Below are positions 9,913 through 19,000 of a DNA stretch of 64,000 bases, one piece after another. Positions within the stretch are counted from its first letter, which is position 1, and each line of letters begins with the position of its first letter. The position numbers and the translations under genes were made by a program. Where the stretch lies: IMG/VR virus record IMGVR_UViG_3300028886_000057, positions 1 to 64,000 of that record. The stretch is one strand, 5' to 3'. A model generated the notes under the pieces. The model worked only from the letters and a program-made list of their open reading frames with translations. It searched no databases and had not been told where the DNA came from. The DNA comes from a virus (lineage: Duplodnaviria; Caudoviricetes).

Positions 9913-10383
9913 ATGAAGTATTGGGATGAGGTTTTATTTCCAGATGTGCTTCGTCTCATTCGAGGCGAACGGTATCTGGTCATGAGCGACCATCAGATTG
10001 CTGATGAATTAATAACGCTGGCTAAACAGGCAATTAATAATTTCCTCTTCCCAAACGTCTCTCTAGAGTACGCTTACGAGGAAGATGAAACAAACATGAT
10101 CTTCCCTCGTCGTTATTATTTCGTTGACGATCCTACTGATCGCGAATTTGCCGTAATCATTGCTTGGATGAACTATTTCTGGTGCAAACTTATTGTTTCT
10201 AACGCCGATAACTTCAACAATGTATACTTTGACTCTAATATCAAAGCATTCTCTCCCGGCAATATGTTACACAATTATCGAACGATGATGTATCATTATC
10301 GTGACGAAGCTCGTCGTCTAGAATCGCGCTATTATCGTTCAGATGCGGCTTCCGGTATCGGAGGCACCATTGATGACAACTGA
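9913..10383 (+). CDS. putative head-tail adaptor
   Basis: Helical 156 aa; position. Confidence 0.5.
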   Translation: MKYWDEVLFPDVLRLIRGERYLVMSDHQIADELITLAKQAINNFLFPNVSLEYAYEEDETNMIFPRRYYFVDDPTDREFAVIIAWMNYFWCKLIVSNADNFNNVYFDSNIKAFSPGNMLHNYRTMMYHYRDEARRLESRYYRSDAASGIGGTIDDN

Positions 10384-11191
10384 TAACATGTTTGATGGAT
10401 TCCGTTATCAACAGCGGATCGAGCGCAAGGCGACAAATCGTAATGCTGCTAAGTTTATCTTCCGTGGCAGCATGGCTACTCATATCTTTTATCAAGGAGA
10501 CGAGTTAGACGTCGGTTTTGTTTATGACAACCGCGAAGAGGAAGATAAAGCTTATGTATATGTATTAAAACCGACCGCTCTTGCTATTGGTCAAACCTTT
10601 TTATGGATCGACCATAACCAACAAGAACACTATTACATCATTTATGATGAAGAGAAGTCGGTAAAAAAAGTAGACTACAACAAATATCTCGTCTTTGAGT
10701 GCAATGTACTTCTCGATGATATTTGGGCATATTTGTCCGGCCCGCGGTCTACTTATGTTAATACTCAATTACGTCAATCTTTATATGAAGTTTCACTCGC
10801 CAAGCCTGTATTAATTACCGGCGCTGACGAACACCAAATCGCCGACATTCTTTTAATTGGTGATCGCAATTGGCGTATTATTGAGAAGGACAACTATTCT
10901 GCCCCTGGTTTAGTTTATTACTACCTTGAGCAATATGTGGCGCAAAAAGACACTGAAACTGCCGTTGACTCTTTCATTGACGACCCAATTCCTGAAGAAA
11001 ATCAGTGGCGCCCCGGAGAGCTTGTTACGCTCTCTACCGAAGATGGTTACTTCGAGTCCGATTACGAACTCAATCCGACCATCTCTATGACCTCAGTCAC
11101 TTTCACCGTTCCTTACGATGTGGCTGAAATTAACGTTGTTTATAAAACAGATGGCGAGATTCAAAGCAAGACTTATAAGGTGGTGATGTAG
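10343..11191 (+). CDS. putative head closure protein (start probably near 10373)
   Basis: Beta-rich; position in neck cluster. Confidence 0.5.
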   Translation: MRLPVSEAPLMTTDNMFDGFRYQQRIERKATNRNAAKFIFRGSMATHIFYQGDELDVGFVYDNREEEDKAYVYVLKPTALAIGQTFLWIDHNQQEHYYIIYDEEKSVKKVDYNKYLVFECNVLLDDIWAYLSGPRSTYVNTQLRQSLYEVSLAKPVLITGADEHQIADILLIGDRNWRIIEKDNYSAPGLVYYYLEQYVAQKDTETAVDSFIDDPIPEENQWRPGELVTLSTEDGYFESDYELNPTISMTSVTFTVPYDVAEINVVYKTDGEIQSKTYKVVM

Positions 11192-11192
11192 T

Positions 11193-11693
11193 ATGCATAA
11201 AGATATAACGCGAATTATGCGGTCTGTGACCGAGCTTCGCAATCTCTTGTTGCAGAACGAACAACTCCGTAAACTCCTTGTGTACGATACTTCAGACGCT
11301 CTTACACAAACCGAGGTGCCTACGATTGAAACGGCGAAGAATTACATTTCTTTGTATCCGGTTATCGAAGAAGGCATTATTACTACGGACCGAAATACCG
11401 CCATTGCTTTGGATCTAACTTCCGTGGATACTGACTTTGAAGAAGGCGACAGTGCAATACTTGCTACCATCGTCATTTCAGTACTTTGCACGGACAAAGT
11501 CCTTCTGTTAGATAATAATAAATTCCGACATTGGGAAGTTGCGCGTTTAATTATTAACGATGTTGATGAATTTAAGGGATCTGCTAGTGGCAAGTTTACT
11601 GTCACTGGTGGTGATCGCTTCATCAATAAACACTATTATGGTGTTGCCGTTAAAGTACTCGTTTCTGATGACGCAACGGAAACGGAGTTCTAA
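11193..11693 (+). CDS. putative tail completion/terminator protein
   Basis: Size and position before tail tube genes. Confidence 0.45.
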   Translation: MHKDITRIMRSVTELRNLLLQNEQLRKLLVYDTSDALTQTEVPTIETAKNYISLYPVIEEGIITTDRNTAIALDLTSVDTDFEEGDSAILATIVISVLCTDKVLLLDNNKFRHWEVARLIINDVDEFKGSASGKFTVTGGDRFINKHYYGVAVKVLVSDDATETEF

Positions 11694-12418
11694 TGGATTG
11701 GTCTAACACATTAAGTATTAGTCATCTCTTTTACACGCACGACATCGTAGTGCTTGGCCCGGCAGGTGAGCAAGTTGTTGTTCATATACCGAGTCTGCGC
11801 GAGCAATTAGATGAATCCTTCTATATTCGCTTTCTTCAACTTTTTGATGATGAAAGTATGACATTATGGACGAAACTATTGCCAGATCTTGATAAAGGGC
11901 AAATTTTACAAGCTCTTATGACTGATCCGCGATTAACCAATTTACAAGAATTTTCTGCTCTTTCTCGATTGCTTCACGAAAAGATGCCGACATTACTGCC
12001 GCATTTTGAAATTCGTGAACGTCGGTTATATAGTGGACAAACACTATTAACTGGTGATGCGATTGATGAAGTATTGTTTGTTCTTTCTACGGGAATGGGT
12101 AAAAAGGCCGAACGTCCACAACATTTTGGCCCTGATGAAGAAGAGGCACGTAAGTTCTATGAACGAGCCAAGGCCGCACAGGCTAAAGCTGCTAAATTAC
12201 GAGCTGAGCATTCATCTTCAGATCATGATGGCTTAATGGATATGTTCGTCATGATTAGTATCAATTTCCCATATACATTTGAACAGATGTATGACATGAC
12301 ATTAGCTCAACTACATTATTTGCAACGCATGTCGTCGCAGATTATGAGTTATGAGCATAATATGATGGCATATACTGCGGGCAATTTGAAGAAGGCCCCT
12401 AACTTCTTCTTAAAATAA
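11693..12418 (+). CDS. hypothetical, tail assembly chaperone-like
   Basis: C-terminal MYDMTLAQLHYL resembles chaperone motifs; TAATG coupling. Confidence 0.4.
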   Translation: MDWSNTLSISHLFYTHDIVVLGPAGEQVVVHIPSLREQLDESFYIRFLQLFDDESMTLWTKLLPDLDKGQILQALMTDPRLTNLQEFSALSRLLHEKMPTLLPHFEIRERRLYSGQTLLTGDAIDEVLFVLSTGMGKKAERPQHFGPDEEEARKFYERAKAAQAKAAKLRAEHSSSDHDGLMDMFVMISINFPYTFEQMYDMTLAQLHYLQRMSSQIMSYEHNMMAYTAGNLKKAPNFFLK

Positions 12419-12434
12419 AATAGAGGTAAATTAA

Positions 12435-13094
12435 ATGGCTCTTACAGATACCTATTTTGGTGCAAATAATGCATTTGGTATTGTTACCGTTATGGACGTC
12501 AAGGTTTATGAAGAGTTCGCTCCGGTTGAAGGCGGCGAAACTGCTAAAGCTTACCTTGCTCGTCTTGAAGGCGCGACTGCTGGTGGCACTGAGATTGCTA
12601 CTATCGACCATATGCAAGTTGCCACCCTTTCTACTGATGGTCCTTCCATCACGATTAATGGTGGTAAATTCAATAACCCCTTGATTAAGTACGGCAAAAC
12701 TGCTCGTTGCGAAATGACCGATGCTCTTGGTCAGGCCGACGCTCTTGTCGCTCTTGGCGGCGCCGAAATTGACAGCGATGGCAACATTTCTATCACCGAC
12801 AAATTTGGCGCTCCTGTTACCATGGTCGGCTCTTCCTTTGTCGTTGACCAGAAGACTGGTAAACATATTCCTGTTAAAGTTGTTCTTTACAAGTTCTTAC
12901 CAGATTCCACTCCATCCTTTGCCTTTGATTCTGGCAACGCTGCCACCTTTGACCTCAATGGTGACTTACTTGCTGTTGAAGGAATCACTCTTGGTAGTGG
13001 CAGTAGCAGCGGCACTGAACAATGGGCAGACTGCGTTGGCGCTACCGGCGTCTTCTTCTCCATTATTCCTGTTGACTGCGCTCTTGGCCAGTAA
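12435..13094 (+). CDS. major tail tube protein
   Basis: 219 aa G/T-rich, biased codons, own terminator, INGG..NPLIKY and FDLNGDLL strands. Confidence 0.7.
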   Translation: MALTDTYFGANNAFGIVTVMDVKVYEEFAPVEGGETAKAYLARLEGATAGGTEIATIDHMQVATLSTDGPSITINGGKFNNPLIKYGKTARCEMTDALGQADALVALGGAEIDSDGNISITDKFGAPVTMVGSSFVVDQKTGKHIPVKVVLYKFLPDSTPSFAFDSGNAATFDLNGDLLAVEGITLGSGSSSGTEQWADCVGATGVFFSIIPVDCALGQ

Positions 13095-13110
13095 GCGGAA
13101 CCGTCCTACG

Positions 13111-13137
13111 CCCCTTCTACGGAAGGGGTTTTCTTTT
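13111..13137 (+). terminator. intrinsic terminator
   Basis: CCCCTTC-TACG-GAAGGGG-TTTTCTTTT. Confidence 0.85.
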
Positions 13138-13165
13138 GCCTTGGAAAACAGGATTGCCGCATAAT
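13136..13165 (+). promoter_or_regulatory. promoter, 18-bp spacer
   Basis: TTGCCT-18-CATAAT before GAGGT RBS. Confidence 0.55.
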
Positions 13166-13181
13166 AAAGTGAGGTAAAATT

Positions 13182-13901
13182 ATGGCGAATTACTTGTCTA
13201 CTTTAGGTTCTGATATAAATGTTTTAATGCTTTGCGCGGTCGATATGGAAATCGACGGCAAATCATATGTAGCCGGCGAACCATTTACTTTTTTAAAAGG
13301 TATCACCGCTTCAATCGACTCGCAAACTATTACTGCACAAACCAGCGTTGCGACGCCGACCAATCGTGGTTTAAAAGTTTTGGACAGTATTCAATATTTA
13401 GACCAAATTGTTTTGAACAATGTGCCGTATACAAAGAAAGTGCAAAGTCTTTTCTTTAATAAACATGAAGCCGCGCAATACGAAAATTTTGAATGGTCAT
13501 CGCTAACTATGGCACAAACCAAATTACGTTCTATGCCAACCAAAATTTTCGTATACAAAAACGGTCAGTTACTTGATGCCAGTGAATATACTATTACTCA
13601 ACCGGCGGAATCGGTCTGGCTTACTGTAAATGAGTTTGATGAAACCGCTCAATATAATGTTGGTTATTCTTACGTAGACGACCGATTAGTTGCATTTCAA
13701 TCTAAAAATTATCCATATTTTAAATTAGTTTTGTATATTAAAGGCAATGTTGCGAACAAAACCTCAGATCAGGTTATTATATTGGAAAAAGTGTCTTTAA
13801 TTCCACAAACGGCGTTGAACTTTTTACCGAATGCGCAAAATTTTGTAACACTTAATTTTGGTATTATTGACGCTGAAAAAACAGTGAGGTTGAAAATTTA
13901 A
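13182..13901 (+). CDS. minor tail protein, possible tail tube paralog
   Basis: Similar size and strand pattern to the preceding gene; position. Confidence 0.45.
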   Translation: MANYLSTLGSDINVLMLCAVDMEIDGKSYVAGEPFTFLKGITASIDSQTITAQTSVATPTNRGLKVLDSIQYLDQIVLNNVPYTKKVQSLFFNKHEAAQYENFEWSSLTMAQTKLRSMPTKIFVYKNGQLLDASEYTITQPAESVWLTVNEFDETAQYNVGYSYVDDRLVAFQSKNYPYFKLVLYIKGNVANKTSDQVIILEKVSLIPQTALNFLPNAQNFVTLNFGIIDAEKTVRLKI

Positions 13902-15613
13902 TGAGTTACACAGACCGTCGCGCACGTTTGCGTGGTGGATTTAAACTTAACCAGACAATCATGCGATCACACATGCGCTTAAAAGCCGCATCTACACGAC
14001 AGTATGATTTAGGTCCACTACCATATACTTGGGAGGGTGATTACGGCCTTGCTGAAGCTACTACTGGACTTCATTATTTACACTCTAGTATTAAAGGTTT
14101 TATTGACGAGGCCGCTCAAATTGAACGAGATTATAAGCTTGATGCCTTCTTTACGGCTCGCGTCAATGACATATGTCTGCAAAACCAACAACGTATCCGA
14201 CAATTGCGCGAAGGGTGCGAAAACATAAAAGTCGAGATGTTTGGAGGAACACGTGATCAAGATGTAAACACTACGCCAGCAATTCAAGAATTTTATGGAA
14301 AAAATGCGGCATTTTTTAAAACATTAGAAGAATTACGCAGTTTTGCTACATATAGATTTCACGATGTGAACTGGAAAAAAGATGCTGCATTTTTAGACAC
14401 ACTACGTAGACGATTGAAACAAGATCCAAATAATCCAACATTAAAACAACAACATGATGATTTTGCTCGCCAATTTTATGATAGATATGCTAAAACTGTT
14501 TCTACGCAAATTCAGCAACTTTATGACTTTATAAATCAATATGGTAGTCCCGCATCTTTTACAAAACTGCTTGATGTATTGCAAGATATGGAAACAAGAT
14601 TAAGGCAACAAATAGATACTGGTGCAAAATCTATTAGTTTTAGTCGGAAACTTAATATTCCTTCACGTTTAGGTAAAGCATTTGAGCCTATTGTAACTTT
14701 TCTGTTAAATAATACTAAACAGGGCGCGGCACACTTTGTCGCTGATGAGACAATTGCTGATCAGAATTTTATAACAGACGCTATTATTAAAGGAAAAAAT
14801 ACTAAGACCGTCGTTATCCATGATTCTACTTCGCGTTTTCTTAATGGTTTGTCTATTAAATTTACTAATAACAATAGTTTTGATGCAAAGCCAACAATCC
14901 ATACTAATGAAACATTATCAGAGTTTACAGAAAATATGGCCGACCAACAAGTAGATGCTTTGGCATATTTGTATAATAATATTGTAGCTTTAAGTTTATA
15001 TAACTCCTCTGATCGTACCCGAGGGGCTGTCAGAGGTAATTTAATGTCTGGACACAACCGTGTTGGTAAAGTTTTTTCAAAAATGTTAAAATATTATAAT
15101 TTATATTTAATTAATACATTCTTATGGGGTAACGCTAAAGACGCCGGCTCAGTACAACCATTTAACAAGGACTATTTTAATAATATTGGGAAAACTCCCG
15201 CTCCAGTATTTTTTGTTAATCAGAATCAGTTTTTTGAATCTTGGCGAGTATTTCAAAATATACAAGATACAATTTTAGGCGGCACGCTATTATGGGATAA
15301 TAATTTAACAAATAGTTTATTCTCCGATAGTAGAACTGGACAAGCTGCGTTGCGCGAATTATATGCGACTAAGGCTGCATGGCTGACACAGAGTAGTGAT
15401 GCCATTTATACTGTATTACGTCACCGACCAAAGGTTAACCCTATGCCTGCTTATTTAAGCTTTAATGGTAAATCTGGCGTTACGGGCGGAGATTCTGCCG
15501 ACAATATTATGGAAACTTTTTTACAGCCAACTTGGAATCCATATCGTGATATTATACAACAGTCGCAATCTCGTACATTGCGAACTAAAATTGAATTACT
15601 TAAATATTATTAA
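13901..15613 (+). CDS. 570-aa hypothetical protein, possible PD-(D/E)xK-like domain
   Basis: AT-rich long ORF; GKAFE..ITDAII..GLSIK pattern. Confidence 0.4.
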   Translation: MSYTDRRARLRGGFKLNQTIMRSHMRLKAASTRQYDLGPLPYTWEGDYGLAEATTGLHYLHSSIKGFIDEAAQIERDYKLDAFFTARVNDICLQNQQRIRQLREGCENIKVEMFGGTRDQDVNTTPAIQEFYGKNAAFFKTLEELRSFATYRFHDVNWKKDAAFLDTLRRRLKQDPNNPTLKQQHDDFARQFYDRYAKTVSTQIQQLYDFINQYGSPASFTKLLDVLQDMETRLRQQIDTGAKSISFSRKLNIPSRLGKAFEPIVTFLLNNTKQGAAHFVADETIADQNFITDAIIKGKNTKTVVIHDSTSRFLNGLSIKFTNNNSFDAKPTIHTNETLSEFTENMADQQVDALAYLYNNIVALSLYNSSDRTRGAVRGNLMSGHNRVGKVFSKMLKYYNLYLINTFLWGNAKDAGSVQPFNKDYFNNIGKTPAPVFFVNQNQFFESWRVFQNIQDTILGGTLLWDNNLTNSLFSDSRTGQAALRELYATKAAWLTQSSDAIYTVLRHRPKVNPMPAYLSFNGKSGVTGGDSADNIMETFLQPTWNPYRDIIQQSQSRTLRTKIELLKYY

Positions 15614-15639
15614 TATACTAATTTAGTGAAAGGATATTT

Positions 15640-16002
15640 ATGAATAAACTTACTAATACTGATATTGTCAATAAACTTTTAGAAATTCGCCAGCTATCTA
15701 ATGTATGCGACCGTACTATGGCACTTAAACGTTTTGAGAAAGAATATAAGAAATCTTCTTTTTATCATTATACACATAAAAAATTAAGCCTTCTTTACTA
15801 TGAAGCTTCGCTTGAGCGGTTACTTACTCTTGATGGTTTGCTGGAAAATGTTCAGACTTTTATCAATAACCTTGACTTAGCGCATTTTCAAGAATTGATG
15901 GATCAAGTGAATGCCCAAACCGCCGCCACTATTACAGAAGGACTAACATCTTTATCTGATAGCGGCTTAGAGGATTTAATCAAAACTTTTAAAAAGGCAT
16001 AA
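15640..16002 (+). CDS. hypothetical helical protein before tape measure
   Basis: AAAGGA RBS; position; TTGAAT-17-TATACT upstream (15591-15619). Confidence 0.55.
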   Translation: MNKLTNTDIVNKLLEIRQLSNVCDRTMALKRFEKEYKKSSFYHYTHKKLSLLYYEASLERLLTLDGLLENVQTFINNLDLAHFQELMDQVNAQTAATITEGLTSLSDSGLEDLIKTFKKA

Positions 16003-16028
16003 GCCCTACAGCCCTATCTACTACGACT

Positions 16029-16083
16029 TTGACCTTGTAACGAATTCTATGCTACTCTGAAATATAGAGTAGCTTTTTCTTTT
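16029..16083 (+). promoter_or_regulatory. overlapping promoter (18-bp spacer) and terminator
   Basis: TTGACC-18-TACTCT; the -10 lies in stem GCTACTCT-gaaatat-AGAGTAGC followed by TTTTTCTTTT. Confidence 0.5.
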
Positions 16084-16095
16084 GTGAGGAAAAAT

Positions 16096-19000
16096 ATGGC
16101 AGATACAGTAAAAATTGCAGTTGAAGCTTCGCTTAAAAATGCGCAAGAAATTACTCGACAGATTAAAGAAGCTGTTGAAAAAAGCTTAGCAGATATAGAT
16201 TTAAAAACATTAGATAAGTTGGCTAATCGCATTTCGCAAGCATTCGAGCTATTAAATAATGGCTTGGTTAATGATGCTCGTAAAGCTGCACAGAGCCTTA
16301 ATGTTGATATGCTAAAAATGTATAACAACATTAACGTGGCTGCTGGAGATGCATCAAATGAAGTAAGCGAATTAGTACAGCAACTTAATGATGCACAAAA
16401 ACAATTAAGTAAATTTGAAAAAGAGTTCCATGATAAGGATCGTTTTCGTCGTCGTCCGAAGAGCGGCGAAGTTGTATATACAAAAGAAGGATTGTCCACC
16501 ACTCAACTAAAAGCTATTGGTCAACCGGGCCAAAACGGTTTAGCCCGTATTAATGGTCATGCTATTGATTTTGGTGCCAAATGGAGTGTTCCTAATGCCG
16601 CATATGCCATTGGCGATGAATTGCGTGTTGCCTTACAAAAGACTGGGGCAGAACGCGATGATAGTTATATTAAAGCGCTCACCGATGCTTTAACGGCGAT
16701 TGGATTTCAGTTAAAAAATGATAAAATTGTAATTGATCCCGCTGTTGCTGCCAAGTTGGCAGAGGCTGAAAAGGCTTATGAAGACGAAAGTCAACGACTA
16801 GCAAAAGTCGTTGAAGAATTACAGGCACGCGTGCATGAAGAGGCACAGAATAGTGGCGCGCCGGTTGTTTCTTCTGAAGAAGGCAGTTTTACTACTGCTC
16901 AGATGCAACAGACTACAATTTATAACCAAAAAAATATTAATGACGCTTTAGCAGAAGAAGCTCGGGCAACAAAAGAAGCTAATGAGGCCCGCAAACAACA
17001 TAACGATGCACAAGAAGAGGCTGCTGAACGTCAAGCTGAATTAGCCCATGAAACCGACAAGGGAACGGTAGCGCAACAAAAACAAACAAACGCTGTTAGC
17101 AAAGCTATTACCACCTTTTTTGGCTATCAAATGATTATTCGTCAACTTCGTCGTTTATGGCGCGAAGCTATTCATACTATTACTGAATTAGATAAACAGC
17201 TTACAACGCAGGCCATGGTTACGGGTATGACCCGAGAGCAAACATGGCAGTTAGCTGAATCATATCAGAAGATTGCACAGGCTACTGGTTTGGCTCAAAC
17301 TACTATTGCTGGTGTTACGACCGAATATTTACGTCAAGGTGAGTCGTTAGAAAATGCTTTGACACTTACTAAAGCTGCCGCTGCGGCTGCTACTGTTGCG
17401 GGTATTTCAGCATCTGATTCTGTTCAATACTTAACAACTGCTATTCATGGTTTTAAACTTGAAGCGGAAGACGCTCTTGCCGTTTCTGATAAGTTTGCTG
17501 CTTTAGCTGCCAGCGCCGCTACGAACTATGAAGACTTAGCCGTTGCTTTGTCTAAGGTTGCTTCTCAGGCCGCTCTTGCTGGTATGAGCATGGACTACAC
17601 TCTTGCATTGTTAACTACGGGTTTGGACGTTACTCAAGAAGCTCCGGAGTCAATCGGTACTGCATTAAAAACCGTTATTGCACGTATGCGTGAAATTTCG
17701 GACTACGGCAAAACTTTGGAAGACGATGTAGACATCAACCAAGTTGAGGCTGGTTTGCACGCCGTTGGCATTGAATTAAAAGATGGTGTTGGCGAATTAC
17801 GCTCTACTGAAGAAGTTTTAGATGAGTTAGGCAAAAAATGGAATACATTAACTGCTAACCAACAAGCTGCAGTTGCTAAAGCCTTAGCCGGTACTCGTCA
17901 GCAATCTCGTTTAGTTGCTATCATGGAAAACTATAACAAAGTTATAGAGTATCAAAATACTGCAATGACTTCCATTGGAGCAACAACCGCACAACAAGTT
18001 ACATATTTAGAAGGTATGGAAGCTGCGGTAAATAATTTGCAAAGTACATATCAATCTTTAATTAAATCATTAATAAGTTCACAAGAAGCAATTAATTTAG
18101 TTACAACCATTCGTAATGTTTTAAAATGGGTAGGCAACTTCTTGAAACAACCCGCTGGTCGTTGGGCATTGTTGGCAGGTGTTGTAAGTGTATTGACACG
18201 TTCTAAAGAATTAATGGATCGTATTAAAAATACCGTTGATCAATTAATACGTAGTCTTAGCAATTTACGTAAAGAGAATGAACAAATTTTACGCCAACAA
18301 GAAACGGCGTTGCAACAAGCTCAAAACGAATTGGCTATAAAACAAAAAGGTGCGACTATTTCTAGCGCAAGCCGCCCCAATGGCTGGTTAAGTAATGTGG
18401 CTGCACAATCTACGGCAACAGATGTTAGCGCCAGTTTGGTTTCTTCCGTATTAAAAACTTTAATAAAATTGCCTACTTTAATCACCGGCGCAGGGCGTCA
18501 ATCTGTAAAAAATGATTGGGGCAGCACTCATGACACAATTAAAAGTTGGTATCGCAATAACTCTTTTCTTGCTAAATGGCGTAGTCGCAAAGCTGATAAA
18601 GCGACCATTAATGCTGGAATAGCAAAACTACAAACACAGCAACAAACTCCTGAAACAGAAAAACAATTAAATGTTTTAGCTAATAAGCGTTTGGCTATTG
18701 AAGACAAAATCGCATATTTAGCCAAAGGAGAATTAATTAATAAAAATGAAGAAGCAATTCAAACTAAACAAAATACGATTGAAGCCAACAAACAAACAAT
18801 TGAAGCTAAATTGCAACAAATGAATGAAACCAGTAAGTCTGATGAAGAGAAAAAGCAGCTTGAAGCCGAAATTAAAGCTACCGAAGAGGTTAATAAACAA
18901 CTTGACACAGACGTCAAGGCCACTGAAGAAGCTAATAAACAATTAAAGTTAGAACGTCAACAAACTGAAGAGGACGCTAAACAGGGCGGCAATTCGAAAA

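Noticed and set aside
15985-16040. -1 frameshift in a tail chaperone at TTT AAA AAG
   Set aside because: Not an in-frame XXXYYYZ heptamer and the -1 frame stops after about 15 codons.
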